Position numbers and translations under genes: made by a program. A stretch of 53,923 nt of DNA, counting the filler, from Bipalium vagum (lineage: Eukaryota), in the NCBI GenBank assembly GCA_037834085.1. It is 3 parts of 3 records of this genome, joined end to end, with 100 filler letters (N's around TTAATTAATTAA, not from the genome) between each part and the next. Parts side by side here need not be neighbours in the genome. Positions count along the whole stretch, not along the records: positions 1 to 19,038 come from JBBMKC010012852.1; 2 more parts are not named here. One strand, 5' to 3'. The notes under the pieces are model-generated. The model was given only the letters and a program-made list of their open reading frames with translations, ran no database searches and had not been told where the DNA came from. Of this stretch, positions 1-13,800 are shown in pieces (positions within the stretch are counted from its first letter, which is position 1; each line of letters opens with the position of its first letter).

Positions 1-34
1 TTATTATTATTATTATATATATAAAAAAATCTTT

Positions 35-1834
35 TCAAAATGATCGGGAAATAGTAGTTACCAAAACGTACCTTGGGAATGTTGGAGCTGTTTCTTGACA
101 AGGCAATGAATCTGGGTTTAGCGCAATGCGAGCATAATCATCGATGTCAATTGATTTGCAGAAATGGATTGCGTAGAGCAATTTTTCTTGCAAAATAGCC
201 TTTCCAGAATAACTGGGAAGTTTCAGTAGAAAAAAACAAGTGTAAGCCTCGGGCAGATAATCATCGGCTGGCGAATATTTGTTGAGAACTTGAATAACGA
301 ACTCTTTGCCGCGTAGATCCGATACGTAACGTGGTAACCGAGTACGACCCCACACAAATCTGAGAAAAAGTGAGCGGACTTCGTTTGTCATTTCTTCCAT
401 AATTTCCCAAAACCACAAAATTATTGGATCGTCACTTTTCACTCCTCGATAGAGCGTGATCGACTTCAGAAAAGATATAGGGATAGAATCATTACCGCAC
501 ACAAGACATTCCAGCTCCCGAGATGAAAACAGGTTCAACAGCGGCAGAGGTATTACAAGACTCATGCCCCTTCTGATGAGTGAGCATACATGATCGAATT
601 CGTGAACTTTGTAGTGCATTATCGTTTCTATATATTCGTCTCTATTTGAAACTGTAACATATGCTCCGCTGTCATCATCTTTCAGAGAAAGATTGATTTC
701 TCGATAATCGATCGTGGTTACAGTGTAGGGAATCTGTAGACTCTCCAATTCGCTCTCTTCCATCGTTCTGAGACTGAAATCATTATGGAAATCTCAATTT
801 GAGCTTATAGACACTAAAAACCGTTATTTGATTTTTTAAGTTTAAGAGATGATATAAAGAAAAAAAAAGTTCGTGTGTTTCAAACTAATTGTTCATAAAT
901 AAATAAAGAAAATTAAATAATAAATTATAATGTAAATTTTCTTTATTATTTAATATTTAAATATTTTAAAATTCTAAAATGTTACCGATCACTTTAACAA
1001 TAAAAACGAAAAAAGATTATAATGATCACTAAATTAATGAGAAAAAATACACTGTTATAATATACAAAGTAAATATTATCATCAACTATGATGACTGGAA
1101 CCAAATTAAGTAAAATTGGTGTTGAAATACCGTCCTGATAATGAAATATACAAATAATAAAAATAATATCAATAATAATAGCAAAAAAATAGTACATTAT
1201 AAATTGATAAGCAAAATAATACAAAACTAAATAATAATTACACTAACGACTGATAACACAGCACATTTATATTTTAATTGATTAAAAAATGAAATATATT
1301 CTATTTATATATTATTTATATATATTTAAAATATCAATTAACCTCAACAAACTGGTAAAAAGATCCTTGTCCAATAGTTGCAGGTCATTTTTACTGAGAG
1401 ACTGACCACTGAGAATCTTCCAAATTAAATCGGAGATCGTCAGAGACAGGGGTTGATTAGTACGAATAGCAATTCCCAATAGACATCCAAGGAAAATGAA
1501 CCATCTCAAATCAGTTTTTTCTGTATTAGGAGAAATGAGAAAACAATCTCGGTCCGGAGAAGAAATGAGGAATGGCAAATGACCTTAAAATGTTGAAAAG
1601 GTAAAAAGATTCAGATATTTCAAGTTCAACCCCAACCATTCTGCAACTCGTCACATATTTCTGTAATGCTTTCACTGTATCCGCCTCCACAATCGTCCAC
1701 GCTTTCTCCGATCAATTTCACTTTCCAAACACGATTGGGTAACAAAAAAAAATCTGGTGGAGGCACATAAATGGAACTGTTTTTCGATATGCAATCTGCC
1801 TCTTCAATCAATTTGCTGCCCAGCTGGCCAAAGA
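35..1834 (-). other. HECT domain-coding exons of HERC2
   Basis: [13 protein letters not shown]...[12 protein letters not shown]...[10 protein letters not shown], with the catalytic Cys intact; stop codon at 35-37. Confidence 0.95.
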
Positions 1835-4800
1835 CTATAAAAACAATTATTTAAAGGATCGAAAACAAGACGATTTAGTCAAATAATGATACTGAATGTG
1901 ACAGAAAGAGAATAATAACCAGTTTTCTCTATTTGAATTTTCGTGTGACCAACACCCAATTCTCCAGCACTGCGTCGATTACTGTCTTCGGCTTGATTAT
2001 CGGATTCAATCCATCCTGATCGATGGAGTATCGAAACACCTGCAGGCGTACCAGCGGAGGCGTGCAGACGATTCACTTTAATCTCGGGTCCATGTTTTTT
2101 ACTGCCGTACATTGTGGTCTGAATCATAAGTCTGAACAAAGATTCTTTACTGGTTGGCAACAGAATCTGTCTGACGGTATCCATCAACGATTGTTTGTTC
2201 AAATCGAAGAAATGTAGATTGCAACAAAACAATTCAGTCCAATGATGAAGCAACAAAAATCGATTAATTAAAGATTGTGCAGATTTATTTTCAAGTAATG
2301 AACAAAACGAAGGTCGAGTTGACAAAGCCAATCTTTGTTCAGGAGTTTCAGATTCGTGAGATCTATTACTGGAAACCGTTGTCCATGCCAACGTATGAGC
2401 TGAACCGCAAGCAACTCTATTAATACCTTTACCGGTTAGCGTTTCTATTATTCTTGGTCGACTGTTAGTTGTTGTAGTCCCATCACCTAACTGACCTTCA
2501 TCATTGTCACCCCAACTATACACTTCTCCTTCTTCCGTACAGCATATACAATGCAAACTTCCACATGCTACATCGATAATTTTTTTCCGACTTAATTGAG
2601 TCACTTTTTCGGGTTTTCGAACATGAGCATCAGATCCATGCCCAAGTCGAAAGTAATCGCCTTTTCCCCAAGTAAATATTTCTCCACTGGCTGTCAAGGC
2701 TAAGCTAAACTGACTACCACAATCTACTTTAATTACACCAGCACCCTAAAATCAACGAATCAAGGGTAAGATGTTTTTGGAAGTTTAACACTTAAAATTA
2801 AAAAAAATCTGGAATCTAAATTCCAAATTAATAAATAACAAAAACAGGTGCTGTTTGTCTCGCTGTTTGTCTCGCTGTTTCATAATTAGTTAACATATAT
2901 ATATCAGTAAAAAAAATAACATTTTTGAAAAATATATCAAATATTTCTAAGTGAAACTTCGGAGCACAGCATATCACTTTCAAAAATATAATATTATTAT
3001 TATAATATATCCAGAAACGTTAATTTAGTAAAAAAACAATAATATTTCATTCACCGTAAATTAAGGCTTCACATTTAAATGACGTATTTTGGACTAATTT
3101 AGTTATCAAATTTGTTAAAGATTTCTTCAATTCATTTTGCAAAACCGTAAAACCATTTTTTTGATTTTCTGGATTTTTTCTATTAGTTACTTGTCTTCTT
3201 TTAGACCTCAGTTTGAAAACCAAAGTTTAAGCTATTAGTAATAGTTTTTCTCAGTAAATAATTTTCCATCCATTCAATGTTACATGCCTTCAGAAATTAA
3301 ACGTGCAATTGAGTTGAGAGTCAAAACTACCGGATAAGAGAGAAAATGTTTTACTGTCAATCTGTATTCTCAAAAAGTACTAAAATTCCGCCTTTTGTTA
3401 TTTTGGACAGAAAGACTTCTGAAAATTAGTATTCCTGATTCAAAGCTTGTCCTTACAGCTAATAGATCAGGTTGGATGAATTACGAAACACTTGAGATAT
3501 GGCTTAAAAAAATATGGAAGAATCGAATCACATTGCCTCCAAAGTCAAAATGGAATCAAGATCGAAGAGTACCGTTATTGTTTTTTTGAAGATGTTCCTA
3601 AACTTGTTGAATTACTGGAAAAATTCCCTAAAATTAATGATGAATATTGTGATGGTTTTGAAGATTTTGATATGTAAATAAATAATGATGTCCTTTAATT
3701 AAATTGTAATATTTGTCAATTATTAATTATTTTCTGAAGTTTGCTTTTTAATCGTAAAACTTGCACTTCGTATTAACTACAGTTAAAAATTTTCAATTTC
3801 GGAAGTATGTGATGCAGCTTATACTTGGGATTTTACAGTAATTTTAAAAAAACAATTATTTCTGGATTAAAATCAATATTTAAAAAAAAGCAATTTTAAT
3901 GTTTTCGTAATAAAAAATTGTTACTTCAAGAGTTTCGATCTTCATTGGTAATTTGCAAATATCAAAACCTCCTCTTCCTAATTTTCCGTAATCACCATCT
4001 CCCCAGGACCAGACACTAGTATTTGGAATGATTTCTTCTCTAGAATCATCGACAGCTCTGGTGATACATAATGTTTGTGCATCACCACTTCCACAAGCCA
4101 CGCCAATTACATGAAACCCTCTTAATGCATCCACAATTTTTGGAAAAGGTTGGTCATCTCCATTACCATGACCAAGACGACCATAGCGACCTTTTCCCCA
4201 AGTATATAGCTCGCCCTTAAAATTTATTTAAGATGATGATTTACAAAGTAATGATATATTTTAAATGCCATAATAAATTGATTTTATGAAACTTAATTTT
4301 TATTTTAACATATTAATAGAGTAGAAGCCGCTTATTATAATCACGGTTAATGTTATCATTTTTTTGTATTCCTGAATCACGTATTGATTTACTGTATAAA
4401 AACTTTATTTATCACTTTAATTTAATTTGAGTTAATGTGATTGTTTTTTTAATGTAATTATTATTCATAATTTAAAACGAGAATAAATATGAAGACAAGA
4501 AAAGTTTCATGTCTTAGAAAATTATCTTAAATTGCTGAGAATAGGACTATACGCTGCAACTGAAATACAATGCAACCTCTATTTTGGACCAATTTCTGAA
4601 ATGGACCACTTCTATAATCGGACCAAACTCCATATTTGGACCAATAATTTGTACTTATCATATTTCTCGATAATTTCATATAAAAAAATAAAATTCTTGG
4701 TCCAAAAATTTCAATAATTTGTTTAAAATTTTAATAATTTGTCTTAATAATATTTTGGTATATAACATTTTCAAAATCAGGAATTAGTGAAAACTAAGGA

Positions 4801-7800
4801 TTAAAAACTAAAATTACGGATCATTTAATTTAACAACGTTGAAATATATTATTATTTATTGGACTTATTGTTTTTTTTTAATTTCTATTATTACATCCAT
4901 ATAAGTTCATATAAAACATGTTTTATAGCCTTTTTATGTCTTAAATTCTAATATTGGACCAACTTCTAATTTTGTACCACTTTTAAAATTTTGTGGTCCA
5001 AGACAGAAGTTGCACTGTATTGAAAATTTCACAGCCATTCGTGTAAAATTCTTAAAAATAAAGAACACATTATGAAGACAGCAAGAAATAATAACAATAT
5101 CAAAATTAAAAGAAAAGGACGTGATATAGATGAACAGGTCGACTCAGTATTAAAATTTCGGTTTAGTGAAGTGCATGAAAAAATATTAATGCCGATGGAT
5201 CTTTACTTAAACAGAAAGTTAAAGATCTTGTAAAATTTATAGGTAAAGAAAATTCTTTAACAACAGAAATTTCATTTTTCGCTTGTAATGCTAATCCAAA
5301 TTTTATCAAATCAATTGTTACCTGTGATGAGTCATGGTGTTTTCAATATGATCCTGAAACCAAACGATAGAGTATGCAATAGTGTTCAAAACGCTCTCCA
5401 AAACCAAAAATTTACGGCTACAAAAATCAAATTTTTTTTTAATTCGACAGTTCATTCACACATAATTTCTAGCTTCTGATAAAACAGTCAATGCTGTTTA
5501 ATACAAAGAAATGATGCCTCATCTTTTAAAAAGTATTCAAAGAATTAGACATCAGTATAGTACTAAAGGAAACTGGAATTTACTGCATGATAACGTACCT
5601 TCTCATAACTCAATAATCTTAAAGAATTTTCTGGCTGAAAAAGGAGTTATGGTGATCAACCATCCACCACATTCACTGGATTTAGCAGCAGCAGATTTCA
5701 TGCTATTCCAAAGCTGAAAGCCATATTTAAAGGAAGAAAGTTTCTAGATATTGATGATATTCAGGAAAATGTTACAATCAATGAAAGGTATTCCAAGACT
5801 TTTTAAAAAGTTTCCTCGATTTTTATTGTCAAACCATATAATTCAAGAAAAAAAACACAAAAATTAATGATTTTTTTAAAAAATAAACTTGTTATTCTTT
5901 TGTTGTTACTCTTATTATTCTAATATAATTTCAGATAGACGTATACATTAAGTATTAAAATAATTAAATTCGGATATTGTTATCATTCGGTTAATGTTAT
6001 CATTTTCACCAGGTCCCAAAGTGATTAGTATAAGCACTTCTACTGTATAATGATTATTTTTTGACAAAAAATGTCAGTGAAAGTAATAATAGAAAATAAT
6101 AAATAGAATAATGAGTACTGATTTTGAAATTGCTGCACTGTGTGATCCTCCGGCTGCAATATCCACGATTTCAGCTTTTACCAATGACTTAATAAGGGTT
6201 GGTGTTAATACGTCTTCCCCTGGTTGTAGCCGAATGTCTAGACCAAGTTTATGATCCTCAGCATCTCCCCAGGCATAAACAAGACCATTATTACACAAAG
6301 CCAGACAATGTTTTCCTCCACTATTGACAGCTACTTTGACTACGATCTTTTCTTCTAAGCCACTAACAAGAATTGGAGTTTGTACAGATTCACTGGATCC
6401 AATTCCCAAGCGACCATTATTTCCAAATCCAGTAGCATATACACGACCATCAGTTGAAACGATAAATAGACTTTGTTCACCCCCTATAATTTGTTTTGGT
6501 CTTAGGGAACTGAGATGTTCACATAAAACTGGAACTTTAATTTTCGATCCTTCGACTCCACCCAACTGACCACGATGGTTATGTCCCCATGACCACACTT
6601 CCAATCCACTTGCACTATCAGTTGGCCAACATTTTTTCCAAGCATCAGGTCGGCTTTTCAACCAACCAACAAGTTGAACATCGTGCTGAAAACTGAACTC
6701 TCGTGGATCTGCATATTCACTGACAGCGGTGATAGCATTGATCTGAATGACACATGTTAATTTCGTATTCATTTTTAGAGCAAATCCCAACAAACCTCAG
6801 TGCTTAATGGATCTTTGACTGTTGGTTCTTTAAGAAACCTGCTCTTAAATTCATTTAGAAATCGATAAGGTAAAGACGTATTTGTAATTAGCGCTTGTGT
6901 TGTTCTGTAAGTTAAGCAATAATTACGAAACCATGCCCATTCGTCAGCTGTAGAAACTGGAGTCAAGGAATCTAATCGGATTTGACAAGACAAATCTATG
7001 AGGCTCTTTTAATGAGAATTGAAGGTTAAAGTTCCAGAAATAATAACAAAACGAGAAACCTTCAAAAATCGGCTGTAAAGTAATTGTTTGCTTGACTTAA
7101 CCTCTGGTTCTTCAAATTTGAATTGCTTAAGAACCACTTTTTGCAAGCACAATAAGAAACTGCATATAGTATCCATATCGTTAATCAATTGTGCTGACCT
7201 TTCTGGTTGATCGTCATCACTCGACAATTCCTCGGGATCGATATCAAAATTTACCACGTGATCTCTACAATTATAAAAGAAATCTTCATTTCGTAGGAGA
7301 AATATGGTTATTAGTGCATCGCAATAGAAAGGAGAATTATTCATTTAAGAAAATAATATAAAAATAGAATGATTTTCCATAAAAATATTCTCTGAAAAAT
7401 TTCCAACTAAAAAGTTTCACTGAAGAATTGATTTGAATGTTCATACAATGTAATTTTATTAAAATAATAAAAAAAAGGAACTAAAAGGAAATTTAAAGAT
7501 TTGAAGTAATTTTGCTAATTTTGAAAATTTTAGGATATCGTTGCATAGTTTCAGTTGGTAAGCTAATCGTCAGACTTTTTGCGTAATTATAAGCCTTTAT
7601 TAACCTGTCTTAAAATTCGATAAAAAATTAAATACGCATTTCAATATTAGGATGGTGTAATGAAAATGGTACACATTTTGAAATTATTTGAAAAAAATTG
7701 AATAAATAATCAAGTAATCATAATCATAATCAAATAATTCACAATCAAACTCAATGAAAAAAGTAAATCTGTTATTAATTATATTAATGTAATTATTATA

Positions 7801-10800
7801 ATTATATCAAAAAAGAACATGTATTTTAAAGAATAAGTAACTAAAAATTGTATATTAATTGAAAATTGTAATCAGTTTTTGTTCATATAAGACATTTGTA
7901 TGTCACATGATCTATATCTTTTAAAATATCTAAACATTGGAAAATCATCACTTTCACTAAAAAATCTAAGACTCCGTGTATATATCCTACAGAAAAACAA
8001 ACCAATAATATAACACAATCAATAATATTAATATTTCAATTATATATAAATATTGATATCATCGCCTGAGTTATTACCATTAGAATATAATCAGTATAGT
8101 TCTCTATCATAGATAATAACATTTTTTGATCACCCCAAACACCAAAACCGGTTGTCAATGATTCCAAGTTAAGCATTGATTATATAAAAAATTATTTAAA
8201 GTTAAATATCTGATGCCACAGTAAAAAATGAAGATTCAGTGAAGATTAAATAAACCGTACCCAAATTCTTCATCCATTGTACCACTTCTCGAATCAAAAC
8301 GTGAATACATTACCGAAAAACAGTCAACAGCTTTCATAAATTGGTTGAAAACACCCAGCTTCAGATTACATATAATTGATGTAATTTGTCGAACTGTCCA
8401 AATTCGAGATTCCAAATCCAGCTGAGATCGAGTAAATGCCATTTGGGAGAGACTTTTTATTAATTGTATAGCCAGAGCGGTATCTTCAAACTGTAACTCG
8501 ATTCCAGTAAGAACTGACTTGATCAGTTGCAAATTCGGCAAGAATAATGTGAAGAGTTCACTTTGGTCGATTTCATTACCACAAAGGTCCTCATCGTGTT
8601 TATTATCTGAATATTGTTTGAAAAGAGGTTTCACTTCAAATTTCCAGCCCCAAGCTGATATTGATCCATCACTTTTGAATGACCAATGCAACTCGTTTTC
8701 ATTGATTATTATTTTTGAATTCCAATCTTCCCAGCGTTGTCCTGACCTTTCAGCAACAACTGACAGAGTATGATCCATGAAAATCAATATATCCTTGTTT
8801 CTTTCAGTAGAGCACTGTCGATCGAATTCTACAATCAACCTTGATGCATCTGAAATTCACAACAAAAAATTTATTTAACCAATGAATAAAACCAGAGTCA
8901 ATTACCAGGAATTACAATTTTACCGCTTAATGTCGAATTTTCATGATATGGATGTGGACTTTCTCTAATAACAGATGTGAAACGAGATTTTTTTATAATG
9001 CTAATAAAATCTTTATTTTCACAATACAGATAGACATTGTTGCTTTTGTTAGAATCACTTTCTCCATATCTGAGTTAATAAAACAACATAAATTTCTTCG
9101 ACATCACCAAAATTGTACAAATACAATGGGACCTCTCAAAAGTGACCACAAGATTTTGATGACCACCTCTATTAAATTGACCATAAAATATCAAGAATAA
9201 TGTTGGATGAGACCACGTTATTTTAAAAATAATCAACTTTCAATAATTTACAATAACAATGTTTGGTCCACCAAAGACACGACCCTGAAAGACCGCAGTA
9301 CGGTTGAACGGTAAGATAATAATAAAATACAATGGGACCTCTCAAAAGTGACCACAAGATTTTGATGACTACCTCTATTAAATTGACCATATTTAAATTT
9401 TGTTAAAGTAAGGCTAAATATCCAGTATAAACTTTTAAAATAATATCAAGAAAAGGTGACCGGTAAATATTTTTGTTTAAATAATAGTGATAAATAATAT
9501 ACTTTGAATTTGTAATAAAATTTAATTAGAACGGGAAAATTAAATAATAATCAGAAAAAAATAATTGAAAAACTATTACAAAAAATACAGTTCTGATGAA
9601 GATACAAGTTCGATTCAAAAAGATGATATTTATCGAATTTTGTATGATTTAAAAAAATATGCTACTGAATACTGCCCTGATAATTTAAACGGTATATACT
9701 TCCTGGAAAATACGCTCATGCAGTCGGTCAAGCCACCAAATAAAAAATATATTAAGATATTTCTTGAAATAAATGTTTGACATACCAATTTTCCTTTTAA
9801 TTTTATTATTCTTTACATTTTTTCAGAAAAGTGGCCACTTTTTAAAGTACTGGTCACATTTTTAGAGGTCCCACTGTATTACTAATTAAAAAAAGAATTT
9901 TATTAATAATAATTTGAGAATAATAAAATAATAATAATTTTATCTCGTGTCGAGATTACGAAGGTCGCAATTAGAGCCGGAGAATTATTAATGAGTTTTT
10001 ATGGACTAGGCTTCACGAGAGTAGAGATTGGCGGTCACAACTTAACTATAGGGTGCTTCAGAAAAAATCTGACAGGTTTATACATTCTGTAACATTTTTT
10101 TTACTTACAATATTATGATAAAATATGGTATGTGGCTTTAGTGTTTGAATAACAGCAATATTTGATTACCTTTTTGTTTAATCAGACTAATGTTAATAAA
10201 TATGTCGACTACTGAAATTTATTTTCGAAAATTAATAATGGACAAGTACTTGCAAAACATAACTATTTCTCAATACAATATCGTTAAGAAATTAAAAGTG
10301 CAAAATGAAATCGAACGTTCGGTTATTTTGACATGGAAATTGATTTCATCCTGCATTTTACGCATTTGTATTGTTAAATACTACATTGTAATAAATATAA
10401 CTAAAATATTTTAATTTAGTTTCTATATATTTTCTTTTCATATTCATGCCTACCAGATTTTCTCTGAAACACCCTATATATATTTGGTCTACCTTAAAAA
10501 ATGTTAAACGCTCAAATGCAAAATTATTTTACTTTATGTTGGATTTCTATTAATGATTTTAATAATTCATTACTCTTCCTTCACTTTGTGTTAAATAAAT
10601 TCGTCAGCGAAAGAACCGGTCTTACAAGTTAGCTATCTTTGTTTTCAGACAACCAATATAATTTTTTGTTCATTTTTGATTGGAATCTATAAGCTATTTA
10701 ATATTGTTATTTCTAAATTTTTAAAATTTAAAACATCATTCAATTTTACTATATATTGATTTTTATTTAAAATTACAAACAATTTTCCTTGATTGAATTT

Positions 10801-13800
10801 TTAATTATGATATTCAGTTTACTTGACCATTTCAAATTATCATCTTCTTTTCCATCATATCCTTGTTTTTATTCAAATATTTTTCTGTTTCTTTATTTCA
10901 ATATTTTAATTTTATCAATAAATTTTTTATCTTTAATTTTCATATTGTACATGATTGTGTTTACAAAGATTTTAACAAACTTTAGATTTTAATTTGTTTG
11001 TGCAAAAAGGAAATACTAAGGCTGAATAGTACGAGGGCGAAAAGACTGATAAGAATTATGAAAACCTGTTTTGCTATTTTCTATATTTTTGTTTTTTACA
11101 ACGCATTGAAGAGGCGCTACTTTTTATATGGTGGAGGGTTTTTTATTAATATGTAATTTTTCCGAGGGGGTCATTCCTAAAAACTTATATATATAGCAAC
11201 ACCCTTCGTTTGTTCCCAGAAAGATTTTAGGATCTTGTTTATTTTCTTAACTGTGATATCCTTTATTTTGTTTTGTGAGTTAAGGCATAGGGTTTTTCTC
11301 TCGGAATAAATGAATGGGTAATGTGTAGGGGGAGTTGGGAAATACAGTCTCTGGACTCAGATAAGTTTTATATGTTTGTTGATGTTTTGATTAGCCTTGG
11401 CGTAAGGTAAGTGAAGAAAGAAGGGGAAGAAGATCTGCGCAGCCGAAGAAGGGCGAAATGAAGTTAACTTTTTTTGTTTCTTTCACGTTTAAACGAAAAA
11501 GAATTGCAGTGCCAACACTAGCCGATGAGTGGCGAAAAACAAGGTCAACGCCAATGCAATACAAAACAATGACACCCAGACGGTAGAAAAAAGCTCTTGA
11601 AAAGAATTAGAATATTACCTTGTACGAAAAATGATGAAAAAGTATCTACTAAAATAAATGTTGATTTTTTTATACCTATTTGATTAAGAATTATCGATGA
11701 TTGATTATAAATTTTAAATTTCATTTATTTTAGTTGAGTTTTTAGAAAGTCTGATGGTGGGTGCTCTGTCAACAAACTTAGACGATCTTCGGACTTTACG
11801 ATTTATTTCTAAAATAAATAGTGATACTTCTATTTATAAATACGACACACACAAGAAACTTTAACAAAAAAATGTCGTTGCTTTGACAACGAAATCGACC
11901 AAATATATTGATCTATAGTAAAATAAGATTTTATAGTTTCTAAAAGATATAAATCTTTGACCAAATTATTTTATTTTCTTAACATTATAAAAATTTTATC
12001 AACCTTTATTAATAATATTAGGATTTTTAGGATAAATTATAATTTCTCAAAACAGAAATAATTGTAAATAAAATCAGTAATATTTCTTACTTGTCGATCT
12101 CGCTAATCAATAATAAAAGAGCTGTTTGTCTAAAACTAATTGTTGAATTAAATCCAATATTTTTGAGAAAATCGTTTAATGGAATAGTCGGCTGAGAGGA
12201 AGTGAAGCTGTATAATTTCAAGTAATCGAATATCAATAAAAACACATCCATTGAAGGCAATTGGTGATTGCCCGTTAAGATTGTGTCCAAATCTGATTGC
12301 GAGTGAGTCGATTGTGATAATTGTTTGGTTTTGTGAGCAATTAATTGAAAGACAAGATTCCTGAAAATTACTAATGATGAAATTTATTGGCAATATTCGT
12401 ACCGAGCAATCAATATCTGAAGATTGATAAGCAAGCTCTGAATGACGCTGATTTTCAATTGTTGGCCCCGTAACTGTGAAATCAGTTTCGGAACATCACA
12501 TGAAGCATAGATTTGATCAACATCTCCTAATGCTTCGTGATTGGATTCAAGACATTTATTTTTCTTTTGATAAATGTTCTGGTAGCAATCTAATAAGAAT
12601 AATATTGACCAAATTAAGATTTAAGTTAAATAATAACAGCAAAAACTAATCTCCAAACCTAATAAATCACCAGCACCCAAAGGATCTGGATTGAATGGAA
12701 ACAGCACTGGTGATAAGTCAATCACAGTCAATGGATAAGATATCTCTTTAATATGAGGCCATCGATTTAGAGATTGATTAGACATAAATGAATCAAGATC
12801 CGACGCGGTCCACGCAACACTATGGGAACTGCCACAAGCAACATAAGCAATTTTTACATTGGCAAGAGCTGTTACAAGGGTCGGGCGCATATTATAAGAA
12901 ACTGTTCCATTACCTTGTTGGCCATGATCATTATCACCCCATGCATAAACCTAATAGAACGTAAAGATATACATGACTATTTTCTTTTAAACGGCTTACA
13001 TATCCTTGGTCTGTTACTGCAAGACAATGTAATGCACCGACAGCAAGATGGACAATTTTTATGTCTCTCAAGTCTTCTACTAGCATTGGTTCACGTACAT
13101 GTTTATCTTGACCGTGACCAAGACGATAATAATCACCCTAACAAAAGTAAAATTTTTTTCAATTATCGTATGAGAAGGTACGACATTAAGCTACCTTTCC
13201 CCATGTCCAGACCTGGCCAATTTCGGTGAGTGCAAAACTAGATTGAGCACCACATTCAATTTGAATCACATTTACAGATGAAAGACTTTCGATTTTCTGT
13301 GGAATTAAGCAACCTGAAGATCCTCCACGACCAAGTTTGCCAAAATCTCCATCTCCCCAACTCCACACTGTGTAATCACTTGTTAGAGCTAATGTTTGAG
13401 CATCTCGACTGCCACAAGCAACTTGTACCACTCTATAATCTCGCAATACTTTAACCTGAAATTAAAAAAAATATTATTATTAAAAGGAATGAAGTAAAAT
13501 GATAAATTTTAATTAAATAATTTTTAAGTCTACCAGCTCTGGGACCAATTTCGTTAATGTGTCTCCGTGTCCAAGGCGCCCATAATCACCTAATCCCCAA
13601 GTGTACAAACTGCCACCAAACACTATGGCGGCTGAATGACTACTGCCACAAACAACGTCGAGAACTCTTTTTCCTTTAAAGAACTTAATTTTGCGCGGAT
13701 ATTCTAAGCTCAATCGACTGTTATGACCAAGCTTTCCGTCATCGCCTTCTCCCCAGCTGAAAACTTCTCCTATAAACGATACAGGAAAATAAATAAACCA

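Larger units (their letters stand above)
4319..6045 (+). mobile_element. Tigger/pogo-like TIR transposon, degenerate, hosting nested insertions
   Basis: Left end TA|GAGTAGAAGCCGCTTATTATAATCAC matches the reverse complement of the right end, TA|CAGTAGAAGTGCTTATACTAATCAC. An internal CENP-B/Tc5-type HTH remnant reads [51 protein letters not shown]. Confidence 0.8.

Noticed and set aside
994-1224. Hydrophobic small ORFs (also 10789..10992, 40535..40819, 43065..43274, 49075..49317, 50231..50440)
   Set aside because: Their F/I/L/Y/N/K-rich composition is expected from AT-rich intron DNA; no motifs or splice support.
6324-6569. Antisense ORFs over exons (also 8519..8773, 20285..20542, 21016..21219, 27077..27577)
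   Set aside because: They are shadow frames of the real coding exons.
9124-9391. Direct repeats as a CRISPR-like array or LTR pair
   Set aside because: There are only two copies, and they are the left terminus of a TIR transposon in a eukaryotic intron.
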